Positions 13,101 to 26,470 of a DNA stretch of 64,000 nt are shown piece by piece. Source of the DNA: Callorhinchus milii. Taxonomy: Eukaryota. The notes below the pieces were generated by a model, which was not told the DNA's origin, did not search any database, and saw nothing but the letters and a program-made list of their open reading frames with translations. Positions within the stretch are counted from its first letter, which is position 1, and each line of letters starts with the position of its first letter. The translations under genes and the position numbers were made by a program. The stretch covers positions 54,996,001-55,060,000 of the forward strand of contig NW_024704743.1 in the NCBI RefSeq assembly GCF_018977255.1. Direction: 5' to 3'.

Positions 13101-15800
13101 GAGGCTAAAGATTTATCCAGGCCCAGTAAATCTGCTCATCCTGCTCATCTAGAAATGATCTTGTCGTAGTTTATTTCGATCCCCTCTGCTCCACTGTCTC
13201 TCTTTCACTCAACTTTCTTATTCTCCATAGTCTTTCCCTATTTTCTATCATGGATCTCACATTTTGTCTTCTCACTTCTGTGTATAGTTGGGCAGAGGGA
13301 GATAGAATGACATAGCGCACTTTAGTAAACTAGGTCATCTAATCCTGGAAAGTAGAAGCCACAGGCTGGCAAGAGGCAAGTATTAAAGACCCCAGAATAT
13401 GTGCTAAAGTACTACTGGAGTTTAAACAGAGAAAAAATTGCCGTTTTGATCATTTCAGCAAACTAGGACTACCCTGCCCTTTGGCTTTTGGTTTGCAGCA
13501 TTAACAGTAGCCAAGTGGAAAGAATTCATGCCCGTTCCCATCCTACCCCTCAACTGGGGTCCAGCCAAGCTGCTGGTGTATCATCAGCAGTGCCTATGAC
13601 ACCAAACTACCAAAACTACCTTAGAGGAGTGATTCAATTCCAATTGCATTTGCCAACTCAACTCCAAAGAGATGCTACTTAGTCCTCTAACATTGAAGAT
13701 CTCAAAGTACTTCTCGCAACACTGCAATGTCCCACAGTCACAAAGCAAATGTCCGACTGACCCTTAAGCCATAATAACAGAATGCAGATAATACTGTTAG
13801 GAACTTGAAAAAATTGTCGATATGAATGTGCCAAAGTTTATGTTGACTTTGACATACATGGTAAGTTTTGTGTGTTGATATTGGGAGGAGTACCCGTGAC
13901 TTCACTTTTGTGTCGACATAAACGGGTTTACATAAGTGTCATGCTTATGTGCAGTTGATTTGGTGTTGCATTTGATCTTTTTATTCAGAAAGAATTTGCC
14001 TGCAGTAAACTCTGTCTAAACTATTGAGTCACAACTGTTCAGCAGACTGAAAAAGTTACTTGTATTCTTATCATACACCACATGCCGGGGGTGTGTTGTT
14101 TAAAACTTCATACAGGAAGAGTGAAATCAGTTCAGATCTTGGGTTTGCAGCAAGGCCCACATTTTTATTGCAGTGTGTCTTTTGTTTCACTTGGAATCTG
14201 TTACAGGAGAGGTTGAAATTTTCGATTTTTTGTCACAAACTGCATTTGAAGCAGAGTTCATAATTTCTCTTAAAAGGGAATTTACTAGGTGCTTTTAGAA
14301 AAGGACTGAGGAGAGTGGGATTAAGTGGTCAGGTAACATCGTATCTGAAGCTAGGTAGGCTTCTTTCTATCATTAAAATTTAACGATTCTGTGAGGTAAA
14401 GTTTGTGACGGCTTATCAAACATGGTAGTGACAGTCTGCATTAATTTGCACTCACTCTTCCAACCTTTGCAGTATGGCTCGTCTCAGATCAATCATAGCC
14501 ACATCTTTGGCAAGAGGGCATCTATTTGATTGATCCTTATGGAACATGTGGTCTTTAGATGAGCAAGGCAACCATCCCCAATAGGTTCTGGACTCTCTTC
14601 CCTTTTTAAAAATTGCCATGGGATATTTAATGTCCACCTGAACAGGCAGATGCCTTGGTTTATATTGCCAATATAAACCATTTTCATTCAGATTGCCATT
14701 ATAAAGTTCTTTGGAAACTATTGCTAAGCAGCCAAGTTGCCAAGGAAAATGAGTGCTATATTTTTAGCAAGCTGCCAATTCTGTGTGCTGTTGCTAAATA
14801 TTTCTGCCGTGATGTAACCGCATTTTCCAGAATCTATTGAACAAAGGTATCTGTAGAACCATGTAATTAAATCTAGTGAATCAGTTCCTCATGAAATTAT
14901 ATAAACAAAGCTTTAAAATTGCATGGTTGAATTGCATTGGCAACTCACATTACTGATGGCGACTGTAATTATGGTACTAAATTCTGCAGGACAATGAGGA
15001 GCAAAATGCAAGATATGATTTGTTCTATTTTCACACTGATAGCAATAAAACTAATGCTGTCATAAAATTAATATTCCTTGCATTTGACATAGCACCTTAT
15101 CACATTGTCAAAATATCTCTAAGTGCTTCACTGTGAAGTAAAGTTACTGTGTAACTCACCAACCCTCAGCTCATCACCAAGCCAGGACTATTAAGTGCCT
15201 TGTGACGTTCTCGCGATGTGAAAGGCACTATAAAAATGTTAATTTGTATTGTATTGTATATTTGTGAGCAAACATTGCTTTGCTGAGGATTGAGTGTTAA
15301 AGGAAAAACTGGGTTGTTGATATGCAAAATGTGTTCAATTTATTAGGACTGCCGTTCTCTTTTGTTTCTAGATTAATTTATAATTAATTTAATGACTGAA
15401 ATTACACCATTTCATGTCTGTCACTGAATGTTGCATACCCCCACCATCACCCTCCCACAAAACAAACACACAAAGCTCTCTGTTACGTAGTGTTGCCTGT
15501 GAGAATATTTTGATCTAAAATTTTTAGGTTGTGTCGAATTGCATAAAATTCTTAGATCGAGCCCTAATTTAGAAGCCGGAACTTTTTAAGAACTTCAGAA
15601 AACAAGCTTCCAATTTAAGACAAAATTTAAGAATAGCACACAATTCTGTGTCATCTTAAATTGAAAGGCAAAACGATCTTACAGACTAAATGGAATAACT
15701 TGAGCCTATAGTATTTTTAAAAAATTTTACTTAAAGTATTCTGAAATGGGATCTTTTCAGAATAGACAGAATAACAGGAATATGCAAGTAATAATGATTT

Positions 15801-16129
15801 GGAGTCCTGTAGCTCAGTGGTTAGAGCACTCGCTTTGCAAGTGAGAGACCTGAGTTCAATTCCAGGCACAGGGCGAAACCTTGGGCAAGTTTCCCTACTC
15901 CACACGCCTAATAATAATCCCTCCAAAAAACCAAAAACAATAATAAATTGGGCATTTTCAATCTACGACTGTTTGTGGGACATTGCTGTGCGCAATTGGC
16001 TGCCGCGTTCACCCACAAATATACAGTCAATTCACTTTACAGTGTGTTCTGTGAAGTGCTTTGGGACGTCCTCTCGACGTGAAAAGCGCTATATCAAATG
16101 CAAGGATTATTATTATTATTATCATTATT
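15801..16129 (+). mobile_element. Young tRNA-Ala-derived SINE, short subfamily
   Basis: Head ggagtcctgtagctcagtggttagagc (A box)...gagttcaattcc (B box) with TGC anticodon, then ccttgggcaagt, a Deu-type 3' part, an L2-like tail and (ATT)n. Confidence 0.92.
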
Positions 16130-16589
16130 ATTGGGTTTTTATTCACGATCATGTATTTTGGGCGGTTACCGCAGGGGTGGAACTTTTATTATTTCACTAT
16201 TCATTGTCATTGTGGTGTTCTATTGAACGTGAAGGATCATTATTCTTGCCTGCAATGTATGATACCCCTTCTCTTTCTCCTGAATATTTTGGGTTTGAGT
16301 AATTAGAAACTTTCCTTTCTGCCAAGTTTTTGATCTTTGAACGTGGGGAGTAGAGAGCAGGAACCATCATCAAATCTTATCATAGGACCTTACATATGCT
16401 TTGGGTTTCATTTGTCACATGTGTATTTTATGTATTAGCTTTTGAAGTCTGAAGACATTCATCAATTTCCATTACCGTACAAGTTACACATCACTGCTGC
16501 TCATGGGCTGAGCTCTCACTGATTAGTGTTCAGCCATTCAGATTATTACTATAAGTGTGTTATTCCAGCCATTCACATGGTAACTATGT

Positions 16590-16723
16590 CAATTGGCTGC
16601 CGCGTTCGCCCACAAATATACAGTCACTTCACTTTACAGTCTATTCTGTGAAGCGCTTTGGGACGTCCTCCCGACGTGAAAAGCGCTATATCAAATGCAA
16701 GGATTATTATTATTATTATTATT
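16590..16723 (+). mobile_element. SINE 3' fragment
   Basis: caattggctgccgcgttcgcccac...aaagcgctatatcaaatgcaagg(att)n. Confidence 0.88.
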
Positions 16724-17198
16724 AACTAAATTAAGATGGCAGGATATTTCTCAAAAGCAATGGGAAAAAAAACAGGAAAAGGAAGCAGAAAATAAAAATA
16801 AAACAAATCAAACTAATTATCAAATTAGCAAAAGATTAAGGTTTGAGAGGAGATATAAAGCAATAGAGGACAGGAAGAAAATGGAAAATTAGATTATTCA
16901 AAAATATATTATAAAACAGAAAGAAAAGATCAGAAAAAGAAAACAGTTGTAATTGAATATAGAATAATGCTAGCACCTAGTCAAATGAATGAATGAATAA
17001 ATGAAAGCACTTGAAAGAAACAATAGAAAATTAACTCCACTCTGATTAAGATTAGTTACCCATTTCCAGGTCCCTGCCTTGTTCTTCATTAGCCTTTTAA
17101 TTCCCCAGCGCTCCCCTTGTGTTGTGCACGAAAACCAACTGAGAGAGTAATCAGGAATACCCATTTTCTATGACAACATCATCTGCAAATCATTACCA

Positions 17199-17539
17199 CG
17201 TGGATTTTCAAACTGGGGGGCATGTCAAGGTTATTAGGTAAGCATTTTTTTTATTTTTCCGGCATTTTACCCAAGTTAATAGGAGGTGGTGGGAAAGAGA
17301 AGCCAAGAGTGAGGAGAGGCCAGGCCTCAGAAAAGGGAGAGAATAAAGAGGAAAAAAGAAAAAAAAACACTGGTTCATCCTGTTCGCTCCACTTCAAATG
17401 GTCACTTACCAGCCCGAGACTAAGGGATAGTCAATCCCATACGTCCTGCAAGCGCACAGGCGTGGCATGTTCTGGAAGGATTGTGGCATACATTAATGTC
17501 CAAACAGGAGCACTGCGCCAAAATGTTTGGGAACCACTG
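17199..17539. mobile_element. hAT-type MITE
   Basis: Right end tttgggaaccactg is the reverse complement of CAGTGGTTCCCAAA (hAT/Charlie-type TIR). Left end cgtggattttcaaact is degenerate. 8-bp flanks cattacca and cactacca match at 7/8. Confidence 0.6.
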
Positions 17540-17719
17540 CACTACCAAATCGATTCTCTCACAATATTTGGATTTCCAGGCTCTAAATAGCCTGTGATAT
17601 TCTCATCTATGTGAGATCACAGATTTTCTCCCAGCTGCTCGAAGGCTATTTAAAAATAATAAACATGGCTGCAGGCCCAAGGTTTGGATTTGAGTAAACT
17701 TGAATTGAAAAATGAAAGT

Positions 17720-18090
17720 CCTTGAATTTCATGTAGCACTTTACCATATTGAAATATCTCAAAGCACTTCACAGAAGTTACTGAGTAACTGTGTATTTGT
17801 AGGAAACAGGTAGCTAATTTGTATGCAACAATGTCCCACACATAATCAGTAACTGAACCATCAATTTAACCAGAAGATTGATGACCAGGACACCAGGAGA
17901 AACTCCCTTCCACTTTTCAAATAAGGTTTTTCATTTCCACCTAATCGAGCATACAAGAGTTGGTTCAATGTCTCATCTGAAGGCGGCACCTCCAAAAATG
18001 AAGTGCTTCCCATCATGGAATTGGAGTGTCAACCTGGATCTTGAACTCAAAGTCCGCAACAAAGGACCTGAACCCACAATCATGTGACCT
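17720..18090 (-). mobile_element. Deu-domain SINE
   Basis: tctcatctgaaggcggcacctcc core, plus tail and head remnants. Confidence 0.72.
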
Positions 18091-18424
18091 AGAAAACCTG
18101 ACACCTGTCAGTGATAAGGAGTGAAAATAATATGCAGAGAAATAAAGAGAGAACAAACCACCTCCAGAAAAAAGTAAAAGCAAAGTGGCTTCAAAGTAAT
18201 TACATTAACGTATTGAAGAGAGTGAGAATTAGAGAGGTGACGATAATTCGCTGACACAGCTAAACCTATTTCATAGATAAACAGATAAAGGAATGAGACT
18301 TGATCCACCAGATCTTTAAAATGCTGGGAGGAAGAAAGAGTACAGTTGTAAGTAGCCTATTCTTAGATCATACGTAGAGTCCAGGTTTAACGTTATGCTC
18401 CATGTTTTTTAAATTTTAAGATAC

Positions 18425-18960
18425 AATACAAAGTTACATTTGTGTAGCGCCTTTCACACCAGGAGGATGTCCCAAGGCGCTCAACAATCAAGGATTCAGA
18501 CCCGATCTGGGGGTTGAGATCGGGGAGGGCAGGGAGGCTAGTAGGTTGGCCAAAGGCTCAGTCAAAGAGTAGGGTTTTGAGTCACACTTTGAAGGAGGCA
18601 AGGGACAGAGCGAGGCGAAGGAAATGTGGGATGGAGTTCCAGAGATGGGGCAGAGAGGCTGAAGGCCCGACTGTAGATGGTGGGGCAAGCAGGGAGCAGG
18701 CCTAGGCCTGCTGAGCGGAGGGAGCGGACAGGTTGATATGGGGTCATCAAGTCACAGAGGTAGGGGAGAGCAAGGCCGTGGAGGGCCTTCAAGGCGAAGG
18801 CGAGGACGAAGAAGAGGATTTTGATTTCCATCCTCTGGGGGATGGGGAGCCAGTGGAACTGGGCGAGGGTGGGGGTGATGGGATCACGGAGCCTGGTGCG
18901 GGAGATGACGCAAGCTGGAGAGTTCTGGATGATCTGCAACTTGTGGAGGGAAGAGTTAGG
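18425..18960 (-). mobile_element. L2 LINE 3' fragment
   Basis: QIIQNSPAC...ITPTLAQFHWLPIPQR...KALHGLALPYL remnant plus tail. Confidence 0.88.
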
Positions 18961-21900
18961 AAGATAATGGTCTTATATCAGGATTCAAAGGTTCAATTTA
19001 AAGCAGAATCACTGGATAACATTCAAGAGTGGGAACCATTGCTAATTTCCCCCCAATTAACCTAGACTCAAAAAACAGATGACTGAAACTACCTCAGAGG
19101 ATTGACTTGATTCCAATCTTTCATTACCAGGCAAATGCAAGGATTATTATTAGTAGTAGTATTATTATCAGTAATATTATTATACTAAGTGACCCCACTT
19201 CCCTCTGCCCTTAGAGGACAATATCCATTTATTTGAACTGCATTTTGTGTTATAATAAACAAAGCAACTTATTTTGATGACAGTTCCAGTTCGATAAATG
19301 CAACTGCAGAGGGAATGCAATTTTGTGGCAAACAATTTCCTTATTAAATCCTTTCATCACCATTAACTAACACAGGGAGTTTGTATATCAACCATATCAG
19401 CATGACGTGTCTCCCATAGCAAGAGCAGCAGCTACTAATCATTGTGATAACAATGAATGAGTTAAAAGAAACACGTGAGTATAACTAAAACTAGAACGGA
19501 TTAGACGCAAATGAACATATCAGAATGCGTAACAAGTTCTTCATAGTGACATACTCAATGTTCAGACTGCTCAGAACAGGCAGGATATGACTCACCTCAA
19601 CAACTACTGCATTTCCTTTACTGAGCCCACATTGTGGTGACATAAATGCTGAAGTGAGTGAAACATATTCAAGATTCCAGGAAATGATAACAGAGTATTT
19701 TAAGGAGTACTAAAATGTCAAACCCAAATCTTAGTAAGAGGTAGAACTCTGAAAGAACTTTTTAAAGTTTTAAGCGTATGTCAGAAATGAGATCAGATAA
19801 ATACAGCGTGCAGCATTGAATACTGAAGTACAGCCTAACTTTCCAGCAATGTACTTCCTGTTTCAGGTTATTTTCTTATTTTCAATGTAATACAATTGAC
19901 TGCTTATTTGGTTGATTTAAAGCAGGGTCATCCCCATTCAACCCGTATATAAAAGCTTAAACCAATCACGTCAGAAGCCTTATGATAAAATCATGCGAGG
20001 CTCCTCTTTTGCATTAAGCTCTTTGAAGCCGAACTAGTTCCAAAGTGACGTGACTGGCAGCAGAATGTCAGAATTGATGGGGTTCATAGGTTCATGGAGG
20101 CAGACAATATTACGGAGCATGGTGTTCAGTTTCTTCACATGTTACACCCTCGGCTGATCAAGAAAAAAAATCACATCTACATACCTGTTCAATGTATTTG
20201 TTCCGAGAAAGAAAAGTGAAGCAAGTCACGCTCAGAATGTTTCTCAGTGGCTCCACCAGTCTAAGTCTAAAGATACTGGAAAGATTCTAGTTGATTTATA
20301 AAAATTTAAATAAAACCATGGTGGGAATTTTGACACTGTATCATATGAAGGTGATGATTGAAGGCTGATATTTGCTGGAGGGAAAGGAAGACACAAGTCT
20401 GATAGAACATCATCAATGTGGCAATCTCATACAATCTAGAGACAATCTAGTGGCTGACTAGAATAACACTGTGAGAGATTCTCAGTTATCCTTCTCCCAC
20501 CCTCTCGCCCAACCCTCATTGGTTACAGTTCATCTGTAGCCCTTGGAGGACAGGACAAACAAAAAAAACAATTTTGGATTATTCAACTCCTGGTAATGTT
20601 GGGCAAACCCCCATCACCCAATATTAATTGTGTCAATCTGTTTGTGTCAGCCATTAATCTCATTGTGACACCTTTGAACCTTCCAGCATGTTGATCCCAA
20701 TATTTCAGTGACGGTTCAGAGAATTTCAATGCAATTCAACTTTTGAACAATCATTTGAACAATGTTGGGAAATGGGATGTTCAGCCTCGACCAGTAAGCC
20801 ATCAAGACGTCATTAGGCATCGAATGTCTCGCAATATGATTATCACCAAGGAGATCAGAAGTACAAATTCCCACCAGTGATAATTATCACATTAAATACC
20901 ACAATTTTTTTTAACCCCCATATTTTCTATTTTCCATCTTTCTTCTTCAGGGAATCTTTCCTGTTGAGAAACTTGCCAATACATAAAATCTATCTGTTTT
21001 GAATATTTTACAAGCCTTAACAGCTCTGTGAAAATGTAGATAGATACAGGACAATAGGTACTCTCCTCCATGGACCTTATAAAGATTACTATCAGTTCCT
21101 CTTTACTCCACTCAGACTATATTTCGTCTCACTACTGTACCTTACTCAGATAAGCATGACCCAACAGGATCATGAATTACAAACCTAAAACAATGAGTCC
21201 TTGTTGAAATTTGAACAGTTGAAGTTTGTGAAGAAGTGTAGAAAGTTCATTGATAACACCAGATAGCATAGCTAGTTTTTCCAGTCTATTGCAACTTTTT
21301 GTCTTAAATTCGACCTGACATTTCGAAATTAAGTTTAGATAAACCTAAGCCAGAAATAGTCACGGAGAATTTATTGGCTATTTTATTTAGTGAAGTGATT
21401 AAGGGTGCAAAAGTGCAAACAATTCACATTAAGCCAGTTGAGAAGATCATTAAAATGGCAATCATGATTCAGTGTTTTATATATAGAGCCGTTAAATTCA
21501 AAAGTGAGGGAGTAGTGATGTATATGAATCTGTAATACATACTTATATAGCACTTTTCACATCGAGCAGACGTTCCAAGGTGCTTAACAGTACTGATCAA
21601 TATTGAAAGATATGTTTTGGTCAGGCAGGTGTCTGACACATGCCAGGGTGGCTGTTAGAGCAAACAGAGTTGATTGGGGAATTTGAAAAATAATTGGACG
21701 AGCACATGCGATGGAAGAATACTGGAGTATTTTTGAATAACTTCATGGCAAGTATAGAGCTATTGGCAGTCAATGGCATTTACAGTGACAACATTGAACC
21801 AAGCAGGATGTCACTGTAAACTTTCTGTCAACTTTTTACTTCAGCAAATCTCAATCAAGCCTATAATTTAATTTGATTCTTTCCTCTCTGATTCACAGAG

Positions 21901-22849
21901 TCAGATTCCCAAGTTTATCGAGCATCATATTTTTAAAATAAACTCTGTTATTAATCAGTTATTGATTGGTACAATCTCTACTAAATTGTACACATTGTAG
22001 TTCCTAAGACCAAGAGTGCTGAGGTTATGAAAGGTGTACCAAATTATCCTTTGAAGTCAAGATCATGCACTTCAAGGAAGGTCAAGAAATACAAATTGAA
22101 ACGTTACAAGAAGCAGAATGAAATTACGTTTTTTCAGAAATATGTCATTATAACTCAATGTACTGTTGGGAATATCTTGAAAAGTTCACTGTATGAAAGA
22201 TAAACAATTAACAGGAAATAACATCATTGAGTGGAATAGCTCAAGGCAAGCACAACCATTAAGATGCTACAACCAACATATAATAATAATAATAATCCTT
22301 GTGTTTGATACAATGACTTATCACATCTTTGAGTCATCTCAAAGCGCTTCACAGAATATACTGTAAAGTGAATTGACTGTATATTTTGTAGGCAAACAAT
22401 CTACAATCAGACTTTATAAATATCTGATTGTAGATGTTATAATATTTAGGTTCTTGGGCACAACTTTCTGCTTGCTGGTAAAGTTAGTGACCTTATGAAA
22501 GTTGGAATGTGGAATGCGCCTTGCCAAGTAAGCTGGTAGAGCAAAGTCCGTTGTGGGTTTCAAGAGGGAATTTGAATGGCATTTACAGTGATATGAAAGT
22601 TAGAGGCTTAAAAGGGTATGGGGATATGGTAAGGCAGTGGGATTTAAATTAAGCTTTGCTCTGAGGGCCGGTACCAACACGATGGGTCAAATGGTCTCCT
22701 TCTGCTCTGAAAATGTCTGAGATTCTATGAATTGGATATGTAATGGATTTTCACATTGCAATCATAAAACCAAACTCCAGGACACAACTTTAGACTGGCA
22801 AACTTTTAAGGATTGAGTTTAGTGGCTTAATGGGTGGATACCAACTCAA

Positions 22850-23530
22850 CAAGAAATCGCACAACAATAAATAGATATTGATCTAAAAATAATATTATGC
22901 AGAGCATGCAGTAAAAATACATACCAAAATATAGCAGTAATAAAACTGCTCCAAAATGGATCATCAAAGAAAATGAAAGGGAAACTAAGAAGAAGAGACA
23001 GGGTGTGCAGTGGGCCGTGTGCAAGACTCGGACAAGGAAATTTAAAAAAGAGATTAACAAAGTCAATAGGGATCTGGAAACAGTGGATGCAAACGATAAC
23101 ACAAAAAAAGCTTAAAATATTATAAAAATTGAGATGTTAAAACCCAAAAGGATCCAAAGTAAGATGGAAAATAAGACTAACCAGGAAATAGTATTTATAA
23201 TAAATAACTGCTTCCTGGAGGATTTTACTAGGGAAGATATTAAAATACATCACTAAAAAATCAACAATTCTCTCAGGATGGATGAACAATACTGAGGTTA
23301 TGGAGAGAGACAAGACAGGAAGCTTATGAGTTACCCAATGAATACTGGGTAGGTTGCAATAGACTGGAAAGAAAGAAATATGTTTATCATAATGAAGACA
23401 ATTATATCTGGCAACTACAGGACTATGAGCCCATTCTCAATATTTGGAATACTAATGAAGCAATCATCAGAAGCAAAATAGACCTTATGAGAATAACGTA
23501 ACAAATGAAAAGCAGCAGCATGTAAACGGG
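22850..23530 (+). mobile_element. Old CR1-like ORF2 remnant
   Basis: A-rich degenerate coding remnant with DWK and GNYR..S-type motifs near 23360-23435. Confidence 0.45.
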
Positions 23531-23595
23531 ATGATCTTTTCAGAAAAGATCCCAAAGACTCCGAGAACCCATCTGCTTGTTCAGGTCGACATTAA

Positions 23596-25060
23596 ACAAC
23601 AACTTCCACTTATGTAGTGCCCTACACGCGGAGTAGCTTCCCAGAGCGCTTGACGGTGGTGGAGTCTGACACCGAGCCAGGGGGAGAGGGAGGGGGGAGG
23701 TGTCATAAGCTCAATTAAAAGGGAAGGTCTTTAGGTGGGATCTGAAAGTGGGGAGGATGGGGGCAAAGCAGGGGGATTGAGGGAGAGAGTTACAGAGTTT
23801 TGGGGTACGGTGGCTGAAGGCACGGCCACCAATGGTAGAGCACTGGGGACAAGGGACAAACAAGAGGCCAGAGCCAGTCAAGTGGAAGCAGGGGCGGTGG
23901 AATGGGAGGTAAGCCGATCAGATAGTTAGGAAAGTGCGAGGGCATAAAGGGATTTGAAAACGAGTGAGAGGATCTTGAGATCGATCCATTCAGTAATTGG
24001 GAGCCAGGGAAGCCTGGCAAGGACTGGTGTGATGGGGGTATGGAGTTCTGGGTGGGTGAGTATCTGGGCGGCGGAGTTTAGAATTAGTTGAGTTTTGTAT
24101 ATGGTAGAGCTGGGGAGGCATCGGAATAGTTCAGCCGGATATTGAAGAAGGTGTGGACCAGGGTTTCGCCTGCTTTGGTTAGGTACGGAAGGAGGCGGGC
24201 AATGTGATGGAGGTGGAAAAAAGCAGTTGTGTTCAGGGAATTGATGTGGGTTAGAAAGGAGAGATGGGGGTCGAACCTGATGCCTAATTTGCGCAAGGGT
24301 TCAGTGAGTCTGAGGGAGAGCCCAGGCAGGTTGAGGAGTTCAGACCTGCAGGAGAGAAGACTATGATGGGAGCCAAACAGTATGGCTTTTGTCTTGCTGA
24401 CATTCAGCTGCAGGAAATTTACGCTCATCCAGGCCTTGATGTCCATTTAACAAGGTCACAGGACATCAGCAAACTGGGAATTGAGGCTCGAGGAGGAGAA
24501 GTAGATTTGGGTGCCATCCGCATAGATGTGGAAGTTGACCCCATTTCTGCGGATGACATCGCCGAGAGGGAGCACGTAGGTGAGGAAAATAGGGAGGCCA
24601 AGGATGGAACCTTGGGGTATCCCACAGGTAACTGGGCAAGAATGGGAGGAAAAAACATTTGCCACAATGTATTGTTGGCAGTTTTTTAAGTAGGACTCGA
24701 ACCATGAGAGTGCGGGTCTCGCTAAGGTGGATGAGGGAGTAATGGCAGTGGAAGAGGTTGTTGTGATCAACTGTGTTGAACATGCTGGAGAAGTCCAGGA
24801 GAATGAGGAGGTAGATGGAACCCTGGTCTCAGAGAGAGAGGATGTCATTTGTTACTTTCATGAGCATTGTCTCTGTGATGTGGGCATGGCAAAAACCGAA
24901 CTGGAGAGGTTCGAGTAGGGAGTGGATTTGCAACCATGCGTTCCAAAACTTTGGCCAGGAAAGTAGCTTTGAGATGGGACTGAAGTTTGTGAGGTTGGAG
25001 GGCTTGAAGGTAGGTTTTTTGAGGAGAAGAGTGATGACAACTGTTTTGAGATGTAGAATC
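23596..25060 (-). mobile_element. L2-clade LINE, 5'-truncated and degenerate (RT to 3' tail)
   Basis: Frameshifted RT motifs: LLKKPT..PSNLTNFSPISKL, QFGFCHAHITET, GIPQGSILGLPIFLTYVLPL, FHIYADGTQIY (YADD-like), DIKAWMSVNFLQLNVSKT. Tail near 23600. Confidence 0.9.
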
Positions 25061-26158
25061 ATACATCACATCAATAGGATCAACTGTTTGATGTTCCCAT
25101 AGAGTTAGGGTTAGGGCTCACTGTTCCCTTAGAACAGTGGCGGAGAACCTTTTTGGTTGACCAATAAAATAGTCATAGAAATAACAAATTAGCTAGGAAT
25201 TAGGCCATAAATCAAGAAATTTTCAATCAATTCAACATTTATTTTGTTCCCATAGAGTTACCACTGCATAGAGAAATGGTAAAACCAAGTGAGCAAGGAA
25301 CAAACATACACACAAAGTTAAGTTAAAATGATTTACAATGTACTTCCCTTTTATATTCCACACATTTTCTGGCAAGTATTCCATGCAGTAAATCTAAAAA
25401 TAAGCACAATCTAAAATTCCTTGGCATACTCATGAATTGCTGTATGATCAGCAATATTTTCAGACTTTGAATATCTGCAAACTTAATAAGCACACATGCA
25501 GAGGTGACCACAAACACTTATAGGCAACTATTTGAGGAGAGTATATATTCATTTCAATTACTGCATAATTGTATAATGTTATAAAAAGAGGTAACGATGC
25601 ACTTAGTGGTGTTCTCAATCCTCCCAAAATTTTGCTGACAAAATGTTTTAACTTAGCTTTGTAACCATTCAGTTTGCCGTCTCTCTATGGGAACATTTTT
25701 TCAGTGAATGTTTAGCACCTTAGATTTCCTCCTGACATGAAAGGCGCAATCTCTATAGAAATGCAATTTGTTGTTTATAATTTAGAGACAAATAGAGAAC
25801 AGATATTTGTATACGCTAGATTTGTGTATTAGTTGGTAGATGCAATTACAGTACTGAGCCATACATTCCATGAAAGTTCAGCTTCAATCCCTGATCTTAT
25901 ACTATAGAGTTTAATGTAGGATTTACTGTAAAATGTAGTGATAACATGTTTTGTAGGTGAATACAGCAGTCATTCTGCACAGAGGAATGACCCACAAACA
26001 ACCATGAATATATGACCAATTTTATTTGGGGCTAGGACACTGGGAGAAACTCCCTTCTCTTTTTAAATAGTGCTGTGGAATCTTTAACATCCAACAGGCA
26101 GACGTGACCTTGATTTAACATTTCATCTATCCTCCTGGGTGGGTTGGAGGTTAGCGGG

Positions 26159-26470
26159 GTCTCCTTGGAGCTGAACTGGTTCCTGAGCCACGTGGGTCCG
26201 CAGTCTACAGTACTCCAGGGCACTGTTAATGACAGCACAGCGGCAGGACCTGGAAGGGCAGACCAGTCACTGAGGACAGGGAGTCATCCCACTCAGCTCT
26301 TGTTAACCCTGCAAGCCAAAGCCCTAACGCGGTAAGGCCGTCCTAGCTGGACAAGCAAAGGGAAAGCTTGCCAGACAGTGATATCAATGGCAAGCTGTGC
26401 GGCTTTAGCTGGTTAGACACGAGCAGTAACCCAACATAAACTCGGAGGACCCCAAACCTTGGCTGTTACC
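26159..26470 (-). repeat. Unclassified dispersed repeat copy (3' half)
   Basis: Reverse complement contains cttgtccagctagg...cagtgactggtctgcc...ggctcaggaaccagttcagctccaaggagac. Confidence 0.75.

Noticed and set aside
15801..15872. tRNA-Ala-like genes (also at 28099, 46850, 36800 and 16-53)
   Set aside because: These are SINE heads. They run into SINE body and tail where intact, and the acceptor stem is not complete.
15799..16302. 167-aa ORF and its 136-aa 'paralogue' at 28022-28432
   Set aside because: Both are chance read-throughs of the same young SINE; the poly-Tyr comes from the (ATT)n tail.
24084..25069. Functional reverse transcriptase gene
   Set aside because: Broken across several frames, catalytic motif reads YADG, and the element is 5'-truncated. 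It is a dead L2.
25105..25116. Interstitial telomeric sequence
   Set aside because: Only two TTAGGG units, which is too short to be meaningful alone.
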